A DNA stretch of 64,000 nt from Marispirochaeta sp. Lineage in GTDB: Bacteria > Spirochaetota > Spirochaetia > JC444 > Marispirochaetaceae. Within the stretch, counting starts at the first letter, position 1. Every line of letters starts with the position of its first letter. The notes beneath the pieces are model-generated. The model worked only from the letters and a program-made list of their open reading frames with translations, had not been told where the DNA came from and searched no databases. A program made the translations under genes and the position numbers. This document shows, one piece after another, positions 1-9,100 of this stretch. The stretch lies in contig CAXXFF010000002.1 in the NCBI GenBank assembly GCA_963676835.2, positions 192,001 through 256,000 on the forward strand. Direction: 5' to 3'.

Positions 1-1016
1 TTCAACTCACCGTCATCCATGCCCAGTCCGGAACAGTCCAGCCAGCTTAAAAATGTGGCTTCCGGCAGGTTCGATGAAATACCGGAATTAAGGGATGCAA
101 AAAAATCCTGAACCAGCCTGCGGTTACCGTCCAGATAGCTAATTAATCCGTCCAGCCAGTCGTCACAGGCGGTAAAGGCCGCCTCCAGGGCAGTAAGACC
201 GAACAGATTTGCATGACCGCTGATTCCGGGAAGCCCGGCTTTAAAACGGCTGAACACTTGCGGATCTGTTCCTATTACCACCGATGTGGCAAGCCCCGCA
301 ACATTAAAGGTCTTTGATGCGGCAATGCAGGTCAGCGTCCTTGAAGCTGTATCAGCGTTAAGGGACGCAAAGGGAATATGCTCATTTTCGGGAAAAATTA
401 TTTCGCCGTGGATCTCGTCGGAAATCACCATCAGATTATGGCGGGAACAGATTTCTGCAAGCTTTTGAAGCTCATCCCTCCGCCAGACCCGGCCCACCGG
501 ATTATGGGGACTGCAGAGAAGCAGCATTGATGCCCGGGAGGCAAGTTCCTCAAGATTCTCATAATCGATGGAATATTCGCCCCCCTCACTGCAGCGAAGA
601 GGGTTTTCCAGGAGGGTTCGACCCTCTTCTTTTATTATGGAATAAAAAGGCGGATATACCGGAGTCATACAGATAACCCCGTCTCCGGGACTGCTGAAAC
701 TGCGGACAGCGGCAGCCATGGAAGGGACAACTCCCGCCATAAAATGGATATCCCCGGGCTTAACATTCCAGCTGTAGAGACGCTGCATACGGGCAACAAC
801 GGCCTCCTGCACGCTGCTGCTTTCCTTGGTATACCCGAAAACCGGATGCTCCACCCGTTCGGTCAGAGCCCGCAGAACCGGACCTGGTACGGGAAAATCC
901 ATATCTGCCACCCAGAAAGGCAGAACCTCTTCGGAACCGTACAACCTGCCGCATAAATCCCACTTGATAGCATCGGTTCCCCGGCGTTCAATAACCTGAT
1001 CAAAATATCCATCCAT
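1..1016 (-). CDS. malY: MalY/PatB family PLP-dependent C-S lyase/aminotransferase (3' end runs off the window)
   Basis: Absent from the ORF track. Manual translation from ATG 1016 gives MDGYFDQVIERRGTDAIKWD...LPFWVADMDFP, the typical MalY/PatB N-terminus; LCSPHNPVGR, SDEIH and SKTFN motifs follow. Confidence 0.9.
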   Translation of the reverse strand, partial: MDGYFDQVIERRGTDAIKWDLCGRLYGSEEVLPFWVADMDFPVPGPVLRALTERVEHPVFGYTKESSSVQEAVVARMQRLYSWNVKPGDIHFMAGVVPSMAAAVRSFSSPGDGVICMTPVYPPFYSIIKEEGRTLLENPLRCSEGGEYSIDYENLEELASRASMLLLCSPHNPVGRVWRRDELQKLAEICSRHNLMVISDEIHGEIIFPENEHIPFASLNADTASRTLTCIAASKTFNVAGLATSVVIGTDPQVFSRFKAGLPGISGHANLFGLTALEAAFTACDDWLDGLISYLDGNRRLVQDFFASLNSGISSNLPEATFLSWLDCSGLGMDDGEL

Positions 1017-1111
1017 GCGCCCATAGTAATGGGGCCGCGATTTTAGGTAAAGAGCCTATGGGTTCACCAAAATGGATGACATGGATATAATGATGCCGTT
1101 CTGGAGGATGA

Positions 1112-1696
1112 ATGCACCAGCTTTATGATGAAAAAGACTGTGTCTACAAAGGCGAGTCCATCAATGAAACTATCAGTAACTACTTTGCAGGCCACGAGCA
1201 GGTACCCGGGTCAAGAAACCAGCTGAACTCTGCCCTGACCCAGGCAAAAGCCACTCATCAGACGGTAATTTCCGCAAAAACCGGGCTCACCGCAGCCTGG
1301 GACAACCGCAATCAGGAATATCTGCTCATCGCAAAAGATGAGTACAACCCCGCAAATCTGGCAGCAGTCCTCTTTGATCTGCTTGTAGATGATTCAGGAA
1401 GCCTTGAACTTGAAGAAATCTTAAGTGAAGTGGATGAACTTATCGACCGCTACATAGGCCGTATCGAGAGAATGGAAGAGCTGGATTTTTCCGGCGAGAA
1501 GCAGCAGCTGAAATCTCTCATAAAAACCATGAGAGAAACCATTTCCATGGTGGATGAGGCCGAACTCAGCGACAGCGAACTGGAACGCTTAAGCGACCAG
1601 ATAGACAACGACTATTATGCTCCGGCAGCAGAAACCCTGGAGAAAATCCTGGAAAGGATAGCTCTTCCCCTGCGCCTGGCAGGCAGCGAAACCTGA
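1112..1696 (+). CDS. hypothetical acidic, mostly helical protein
   Basis: 194-aa ORF with GGAGG Shine-Dalgarno (SD) and TATAAT upstream; no family recognised. Confidence 0.7.
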   Translation: MHQLYDEKDCVYKGESINETISNYFAGHEQVPGSRNQLNSALTQAKATHQTVISAKTGLTAAWDNRNQEYLLIAKDEYNPANLAAVLFDLLVDDSGSLELEEILSEVDELIDRYIGRIERMEELDFSGEKQQLKSLIKTMRETISMVDEAELSDSELERLSDQIDNDYYAPAAETLEKILERIALPLRLAGSET

Positions 1697-1700
1697 CCGA

Positions 1701-2279
1701 TTAACCGACCGAGCCGGCGAGTCCTATTTCGGCTGCCGCCGGCTGCATTCCGGCAATTGTTTCTGAAATCAACTCCGAAAGCTCCATCCCCAGCATCTCC
1801 GCCCCGGAAGCTATAATCTCCCGGTTGGCTCCCGCAGCAAAGGCTTTCTGGTTCCACTTCTTTTTAACCGACTTGGCCGTCATATCAAGAATGCTCTTTG
1901 AGGGACGAACCAGAGCCGTTGCGGCAATAAGACCGGAGAGCTCATCGGTGGCAAACAGGACCTTTTCCATAGGGGTTTCAGGCTTTACCTGATTCACAAT
2001 ACCGTATCCATGACTTACAACTGCCCGGATCAATTCTGCCGGCCACTTGTTCTCTTTCAGAAGCTCTTCGGTTTTTACACAATGCTCTTCCGGCCACTGT
2101 TCGTAATCGAGGTCATGGACAAGACCGACAACACCCCATACTTCGGGATCTCCGTCAAACCGGGATGCGAGATGACGCATCACCGCTTCCACACTGAGTG
2201 CATGACGGATAAGGTTGTCGCTTTTTGTGTATGTAGTTAAAAGGGAAAACGCCTCTTCTCTGCTGGGGACTTCCGCCAT
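1701..2279 (-). CDS. HD-domain (HDIG) metal-dependent phosphohydrolase
   Basis: H...GLVHDLDYE...H...SH...D motifs; start moved to MAEVPSREEA, which has GGAGG upstream. Confidence 0.85.
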   Translation of the reverse strand: MAEVPSREEAFSLLTTYTKSDNLIRHALSVEAVMRHLASRFDGDPEVWGVVGLVHDLDYEQWPEEHCVKTEELLKENKWPAELIRAVVSHGYGIVNQVKPETPMEKVLFATDELSGLIAATALVRPSKSILDMTAKSVKKKWNQKAFAAGANREIIASGAEMLGMELSELISETIAGMQPAAAEIGLAGSVG

Positions 2280-2399
2280 GACTGACCTCCGATTGTGACT
2301 GTAGGGTACCTGTAGATACAGAATTGTACCATACAAGTTACCGGGATTGGAAAATTAATGATCTTGCACGGTACGACGCCTGCAGGGTATGGTACAGAT

Positions 2400-3251
2400 A
2401 TGAAAGGTGTAATAGTTGCAGCCGGGTACGGAACCCGTTTTCTTCCGGCAACCAAGACAATCCCCAAGGAAATGCTTCCTTTAATAGATAAGCCGGCCAT
2501 TGAGTTTATTATCGAAGAGTTTGCCGCAGCGGGCATTAAAGAAGTACTGATTATCTCCTCCAGAAGAAAGAAAAGCCTGGAAGATTACTTCGACCGGGAA
2601 GTTGAGCTGGAAGAGGTTTTCCGCCGGGAAGGTGCGGAAGAGAAACTGAAAAAGATTGCACCTTCGGACATGGAAGTATTTATTACCCGCCAGCGGGAAA
2701 TGCGCGGAACCGGCCACGCGCTGCTTGCAGCCAGATCTTTCTGCGGCAATGAACCTTTTATCGTCGCCTACCCGGATGATCTGCACTTCGGAGAACCTCC
2801 TCTGGCACTGCAGTTAGTGGAGGCCTATAACAAAACAGGCTGCTCGGTAATGTCCACCCTGCACAACCCGCCCAACCTGGAACGCTACGGGGTGCTGGCT
2901 TTAGCTGCCGACGGGCAGCATGTTACCGACATCGTGGAAAAGCCTGCACCAGGCAAAGCGCCTTCGAAAGAGGCATCTATCGGACGCTATCTTTTTACTC
3001 CGGATATTTTTACCCACCTTGAACAAGGGTGGAAAGACCATCTTTCAGGAAAAGATGCCGAAAATGAGTACTATCATGTTTATGCATTAAAACAGCTTAT
3101 GGATGCGGGACAGGTGATTTATCATCCCATTGAAGGTGAACGCCTGGATACCGGCGCCCCTGCAGGATACCTGAAGGCAGTTTTAAAATACGCCTCCCGC
3201 TTTCCGGAACTGGCGGAAGAAATTAAGGCTGCGGCGGCTGAGCTTTCTTAA
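2400..3251 (+). CDS. galU: UTP--glucose-1-phosphate uridylyltransferase
   Basis: MKGVIVAAGYGTRFLPATKTIPKEMLP signature; VEKP and GRY motifs. Confidence 0.92.
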   Translation: MKGVIVAAGYGTRFLPATKTIPKEMLPLIDKPAIEFIIEEFAAAGIKEVLIISSRRKKSLEDYFDREVELEEVFRREGAEEKLKKIAPSDMEVFITRQREMRGTGHALLAARSFCGNEPFIVAYPDDLHFGEPPLALQLVEAYNKTGCSVMSTLHNPPNLERYGVLALAADGQHVTDIVEKPAPGKAPSKEASIGRYLFTPDIFTHLEQGWKDHLSGKDAENEYYHVYALKQLMDAGQVIYHPIEGERLDTGAPAGYLKAVLKYASRFPELAEEIKAAAAELS

Positions 3252-3259
3252 AATTCAAT

Positions 3260-3862
3260 TTATAGAAAATTAAAGATCCCCAGAAGTGCGGCCAGCAGGG
3301 TAAACCCGAGACCCATGGTCCACTGTATGGCGGAAAAGCGTTTATCGAAGGCATCAAAGCGCATATCTACAGCATAAAACCGTTCATCCATCTGCTTTTG
3401 TACGGATTCAAAACGCTTATCCACGGCAGCAAAACGCTCATCCATCTGTTTCTGCAAGGATTCAAAACGCTTATCCATAGCATAAAAACGCTCGTCCATC
3501 TGCTTCTGCACAGACTCAAAGCGCTTGTCCATGGCATTAAAACGCTCATCCATCTGTTTTTGCATGGATTCAAAACGCTCGTCCATCTGTTTCTGCACGG
3601 ACTCAAAACGCTTGTCCATGGCATCAAAGCGCTCGTCCATCTGCTTCTGCACAGACTCAAAGCGTTTGTCCATGGCATCGAAGCGGGTCACCATTACCTG
3701 ACGCTGAGTTTTGAGTTCTTCCTCGATGCGTATTGAGCGTTCGATAAGATCGAGTTCACGCTCTCCCCTGTTGGCGTGCATCCATTCGGCGAGGTGAAGC
3801 TGTACATAGTTCCCGACCTGATTAAGGGCTTCAGGACTTAATTCCACTACAGGGTCTCCCAT
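3260..3862 (-). CDS. coiled-coil repeat protein with C-terminal membrane anchor (Bdr/CCDC90-like architecture)
   Basis: Repeated MDKRFESVQKQ (11 aa) and MDERFxA (7 aa) units, then a hydrophobic tail WTMGLGFTLLAALLGIFNFL; GGAGG SD upstream. Confidence 0.8.
   Translation of the reverse strand: MGDPVVELSPEALNQVGNYVQLHLAEWMHANRGERELDLIERSIRIEEELKTQRQVMVTRFDAMDKRFESVQKQMDERFDAMDKRFESVQKQMDERFESMQKQMDERFNAMDKRFESVQKQMDERFYAMDKRFESLQKQMDERFAAVDKRFESVQKQMDERFYAVDMRFDAFDKRFSAIQWTMGLGFTLLAALLGIFNFL
3336..3685 (-). repeat. intragenic tandem repeat of 33-bp and 21-bp units (54-bp composite)
   Basis: Recurring ...aaaacgctc(a/g)tccatctg(c/t)ttctgca...tcaaa(a/g)cgctt(a/g)tccat... units visible in the DNA. 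Confidence 0.9.
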
Positions 3863-3993
3863 TGTTATTCCTCCATGTATATAGATACCGGAGAAACAGG
3901 CTGCTGCTTCAGTTTATGCCAGTTTTTTTACACTTCCTCTTTTTTTACACTATCTCTAGGGTAACGCGAATTGAGAGGGAAGACAAGAGCAAT

Positions 3994-4049
3994 GCGGGGT
4001 TGTTTCGACTGCTTCGGCATCGCTCAGCACAGGTCCGCTCAACCACCGC
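3994..4049. repeat. REP-like imperfect palindrome with a nested second unit
   Basis: Outer stem gcggggttg/caaccaccgc around ttcgact...ccgct, interrupted by gcttcggcatcgctcagcacagg. Confidence 0.45.
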
Positions 4050-4087
4050 AAAAATAACGTAAAATGTATTTTTTTGCACATCTCCCC

Positions 4088-4930
4088 TCAAAAACCATCC
4101 TTAAACAATGATAACCTCCGCGACATCCTATCCACCTCTTCGCCTCTGTTCCGCTTGAGAGCGCCTGTCTTCCAGATGTCTATCTTCTTTTCCAGCATCG
4201 CAAGAGCTTCCATTTGCCGGGGTTCGGGCAGGAGCTTTTTTTCAAGCAGACAAAACAACGCCTCCATGCGAAACTCCTCTATCTGTCCGTACTTTTCCGA
4301 AAGCTGATCCCATTCCCCGGCCCGTTTTATCGTCAAAGCCTCATCTATGTAGGCTACAGGATAGCGGGCAGTCAGGCGGAGCCAGAACTCATAGTCTTCT
4401 GCCACCTCAAGGGTCTCATCAAAGCCGCCGAGGGTTTCAAATACAGTTTTACGCATCATTACCGTAGAGGGGCCTATGGTGCATTTCCAGAGAGCGTCGG
4501 CAAAGATATCGCCTTCCCGCTGATGCTTCTGTCCTTTCTGGCTTACAGTTTTTTCTCCCCGCTTCCAGAGTTCCCGGGTATGCACCAGGGGTATTTCAGG
4601 CTGAGCATCAAGGAGATCAGTCTGTTTTTTCAGCTTTTCCGGCAGATAGAGGTCGTCGGAATCGAGAAACGCCAGGTATTCTCCCCGGGCGGCGGCTGCG
4701 CCGCGGTTGCGGGAAGCGCCGGGCATGCCGGTGCGTTGCGGCGCCAGGTAACGGAGGTCAGGATCATCAGCAAGTGATGGGGTATTATCAGTGGAGCCGT
4801 CGTCCACGACGATGAGTTCATAATCGGTAAAGGTCTGAGCTCGGACCGAAGCTATGGCTTCACACAGCAGGGTGTAACGGTTGTATGTAGGGATAATTAC
4901 GGAGACATTCGGCAGTTGGGCTTTATTCAT
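4088..4930 (-). CDS. glycosyltransferase family 2
   Basis: VSVIIPTYNR, VVDDGSTD, SRNRG, FLDSDD and EDYEFW motifs. Confidence 0.92.
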   Translation of the reverse strand: MNKAQLPNVSVIIPTYNRYTLLCEAIASVRAQTFTDYELIVVDDGSTDNTPSLADDPDLRYLAPQRTGMPGASRNRGAAAARGEYLAFLDSDDLYLPEKLKKQTDLLDAQPEIPLVHTRELWKRGEKTVSQKGQKHQREGDIFADALWKCTIGPSTVMMRKTVFETLGGFDETLEVAEDYEFWLRLTARYPVAYIDEALTIKRAGEWDQLSEKYGQIEEFRMEALFCLLEKKLLPEPRQMEALAMLEKKIDIWKTGALKRNRGEEVDRMSRRLSLFKDGF

Positions 4931-5009
4931 GGTTATGCCGATAAGTATACGTAAGGCATCACCCTGCTACAAGCGCTGGAAAAGGTGATAGCCCTGAGGT
5001 ATATTGTTA

Positions 5010-6152
5010 ATGATGAAATCCGTACACAGTATTACGCTGCTGACAGTTTTTGCTGCTCTCGTTTTTTCAGGCTGCTCGGAGGTTACCGGGGGGTTTGAGG
5101 AGTATGCGGGGGTGAATTTACTGGAGTACAACAGCGGAGCGAGTGTGCATGATTTTGTATCAGGGGACTGGACAGACGCAGCTGCTGACGCCAACTACTT
5201 TGTTGCCAATTTTGCTGACACTCCGCCGGATAGTACTGGACTTCCGGCGGCAGTTGTAAACTGTGCGAGCCTTGAGATCCCCAACCTTGTGACCAATGGC
5301 GACTTTGAAAACGGGGGTACCGCCAACTGGTCAACTGCAGGCGGAAATACTGCTGCATCCGATGGGCTTTCCGAGTTGGACGGCACTTTCTCTCTTTGGT
5401 TTTCAACTCTGGCATCTCAGGCCAATATGGTTGAATACGACCTTACCTCCCTTCCTGACGGTTTTGTGAATAATGCAAACTATTATTTTCAGTTCGACTT
5501 TAAAGGAATAAATGTTAACCGCTTTGAAATAAACGGCGGCAACACCGGCGGATTGGATACGCAGTACTTCTCACCTCCATGGGAGCAGAGTACTGAAGGA
5601 GGGTCCTACGTCCGCTACAGCATCGGTGATGTAACTTCCGACACTCTTGTAAGTGATAGCGGAAGTGCCACGCCCTGTTTCTCAATCGGGACTCAGAATC
5701 CCGACCTACAGCAGGGACAGGAAGGCTATCTGGATAACTTTCAGGTAGTGCGTGCAGATATAGATAAATGGATTTATTTTGAGGTTACCCTGGAAGAAAC
5801 AGGCAGACTCGCCCTTGTTTCCGGTACCTATGAGTTTTCTTTTTATGTCCGTACTGATACAACACGGACAACACCTACGGTATTAAATACCTTTCTCCCG
5901 ACTGCGGTTGCGGTACAGATAGAGGACCTTACCCCCTATCCCAACAGCAATAGCTGGACTTCAACAGCATATGCATCCGGATGGGATGCTTCATGGCAGC
6001 AGATATCAGTACACACAGAACTGATAGATATTGAAACAAGCGTTGCTCCCGCTGATCCTGTTTTGCGTCTTGGAATATGCCCTACCGATTTTTTTAACCA
6101 GGCATCGGGGCTTCTGTTTATATCCACCCCGACTTTGTCCCTGGTTCTTTAA
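5010..6152 (+). CDS. lipoprotein with probable carbohydrate-binding (galactose-binding-like) domain
   Basis: Signal peptide ending in lipobox VFSGC; NLVTNGDFENG motif typical of CBM4/9-like domains; acidic composition. Confidence 0.65.
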   Translation: MMKSVHSITLLTVFAALVFSGCSEVTGGFEEYAGVNLLEYNSGASVHDFVSGDWTDAAADANYFVANFADTPPDSTGLPAAVVNCASLEIPNLVTNGDFENGGTANWSTAGGNTAASDGLSELDGTFSLWFSTLASQANMVEYDLTSLPDGFVNNANYYFQFDFKGINVNRFEINGGNTGGLDTQYFSPPWEQSTEGGSYVRYSIGDVTSDTLVSDSGSATPCFSIGTQNPDLQQGQEGYLDNFQVVRADIDKWIYFEVTLEETGRLALVSGTYEFSFYVRTDTTRTTPTVLNTFLPTAVAVQIEDLTPYPNSNSWTSTAYASGWDASWQQISVHTELIDIETSVAPADPVLRLGICPTDFFNQASGLLFISTPTLSLVL

Positions 6153-6171
6153 TAGCGGATCAACAAAACCT

Positions 6172-9100
6172 TTACTTTACAATCATAACCTTCCGGTACT
6201 CATCGAAGTCCGGACCGACAACCCGGATAAAGTAGATCCCCCGGGCTACTGTGAGTCCTCCCCGGTTGGTTCCATCCCAGGTTACCGTATGCTCACCTGC
6301 CGCCTGTACTCCCCGCTGCAGTGTATTCACCACATCTCCGTCCAGGCCGAATACGGTTATGGTAACCATACCGGTTTCAGGCACTTCGTAATTCAGGACA
6401 GCAAGCTCACCGGTAGAAGGTTTGATAACATTATTCAGTATGGTAACTCCTGCTGTCTGCCTGGTCAGATCCCGAACCGGCAGAATCCAGGGAGCGATAT
6501 CCCGCGGATCCTCCGGATCAAGGCTTCTCGCGCAGTAGAGGTTCCCAAGCTTGAAGAGAAGTTCAAGGTCTTTCCCGGCAACCATATCAACATCTCCGCT
6601 GGGAATGAGAAAATCGCGTAACGACCCGGCGGTACTTATCGAGGAGAGAGCCCTGGCATTCAGGTTTGCCGCAGGGTTGAACTCAGGGATCAGTACGGGC
6701 AGCCAGAACCCGTTAACCAGAGTCGATGCGGGGGGATCAGCATCCAGAATAAGAGTAGTACCGTATCCGGCAGCAGTAGTGGACAGAATATCCGCTTCGA
6801 GGGTTACATCACGGTCCATAACCTTGCCGCCGCCGGAAAAATCACGAATAGTATAGAACCCTCCGCCGTAACTTGAATCATCATGCAGCCCGTCTGAAGC
6901 CCATACAGGAGTAATGACTCCCAGACCTATATCGCTGATTCTATGGGTAACCCCGATATCCGTTACATTGGTTACCTTGTCCTCCACGATCATACTGATA
7001 GTCTGAGTAAAGATATCATCTTCAACAATATTCGCATTAAGATTGAGGTAAGCTTCCTTGGCCCCGCCGATTTCCCGGGAGAGAATAGTTACAGAGCTTA
7101 CTGTAAAACCAGTTACGGTAAAGTCCGTAGCAATAATATCCGTTGAGGTCAGGGCATCATTCCATACAGGCTCTGAAAACTTCACATAGATTTTATCATC
7201 TCCCACCACTGCAAGTGAGTAAAGGATTCTGGGTGGAGTTCTCTCCATACAATGCAAGTCCGTCGCAGTCTGAAGGAGGTTTCCTGCCAGGTCTGTTATT
7301 AGACCGCTGCTGTTGTAGCTTAAATAGATATCATCCAGATCCGTAAAGCCTCCGGCCTCTCCAAAGGTAATAGAGAAGTAGGGATCATCAGCTGTATTTA
7401 CAGGTCCCTGAAAAAGACTTGCGGCACCATTATCAGTAACGTTGGTAAGAAATGCTACAGCGGGATCCAGATTGTTCACGCCGCCTCCCAGGCTGCGAGA
7501 TAACCCGAAAGCTGCACTTACACCAGCCTGCTGTAGCGTATTGTCCCGCACTCCCCGGGGATAGCCGGGAAGAGATTCGACATCTGGATGATCGGTATCC
7601 GAATCAAAACTGGATCCCAGACCATTATAATCACTGAGGTCCTCTACAGGGCAGTCAAAGATGTGTATTTCGACCCGGTCTGTAACCGTATTAAGATCAG
7701 TATCCTTGGTAACAATCTCGTAGTAACCAGATGCAACACCACCGGGAACGTGAGCTGCAATCTGAGGAGGATCCACATCCCATCCGGCATTTCCGATGGT
7801 ATTGTCTATCTCACCAAGGATTGCCGCAGCAGTACTGTCGGAAGCTGAAAAACTGTTGCCCGCCGCATCGGTAATATTGGTATTGGCGACTATGGAAAAT
7901 CCTGCGGCGCCCACAGGATCGGTGGCGCTGGTGATATAACCCTGATACAGGCCGGTAACGTCCCGGTAGCCTGTAAGAACAATCTCAACTTCCTGATCCC
8001 GGCCGATAAGTCGGTAGAATGCATCGGTCTGGCTGGTAGCGTCCCGGGTACCGGTGGATACCGTACCGGTGTAGGAAAAATAGCCTGCAACAGTTACTGT
8101 GCCGGCTCCATTGATATAGCCTCCCAGCTCAGAACCCGTATAGGATGTTGCCCGCAGACCGTCGGCTGCGGTGTTTACACCGGCAGCAATAGTGGGAAGA
8201 TCCACCGCTTCCGAATAGATAAGCCGGAAGTAGTTGTGAAAGTTTCTATGATCCGCCACATCCTGATTTTCCCGGCCGGCATAGACCGCAAGAAGAACAG
8301 GATCACAGCCGTCGGCGGTGGCGGTATACAGAACATCCCCGGCAGCAGTGGCAGTGGAGTAGTTGGCAATCTTGTTGCCCCCCAGGTCGTAATAGTCACC
8401 TTTTACTATGGCAACATCGGGAACAACCGACTGTGCAGTACCGTCCCAGTCGGTACTTACCATTCCGGCGGCATCTCCCGCAGAAGTTCCCGTAGCATCG
8501 CTGTTCCAGGTTACCGGAGTCCCCAGTTCTGCCAGGTACAGTGTGGCTGCACTGACACCCAGCGCACCGTTGGGGGTGTTGGTAACATATCCCGTACCGA
8601 TGGTATCAAAGGCAGTGGTTTCGCCGTCAATCAGGATATTGGACGCCAGTATCTCACTGTTTACATTATACAGAGATTCAGTAAAGGCAATCTCCAGAAC
8701 CCGGTCGGAAACTGTCTGGGCAGTATTGATGCGGGGGGCTGTAAAGTCAAATCCCCGGGCATAGGCCAGGGTCTCTGCGTCCGTCGGAGTATTTGCTACG
8801 GCGGTATTGTTGTTATTAACAGTATTAACCACTGCTGATGGCGAGGATGCGGCAATTACTCCGGCGGTAACGGTTGTGTTATCTACTGTTGCGTTAAGTA
8901 CAACATTATAGACAGACCCCCAGCCGCCGCCGGTACGGTCGGAACCGCTGACATCCTGCAGGTCGAGATCACCATTAACCAGGTCTGCGCCGTTTACAAA
9001 GAAATCTCCCGTTACATCGATAGTGGAGGTTCCCAGGTCGCCGAGGGATCCCGTATAGGCGGGAGCCACGGAATAGGCAAGAGATGCCCTGTCGGGATAG

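Noticed and set aside
3336..3685. Regularly spaced DNA repeats resembling a CRISPR array
   Set aside because: No unique spacers; the units are multiples of three within an ORF; no cas genes.
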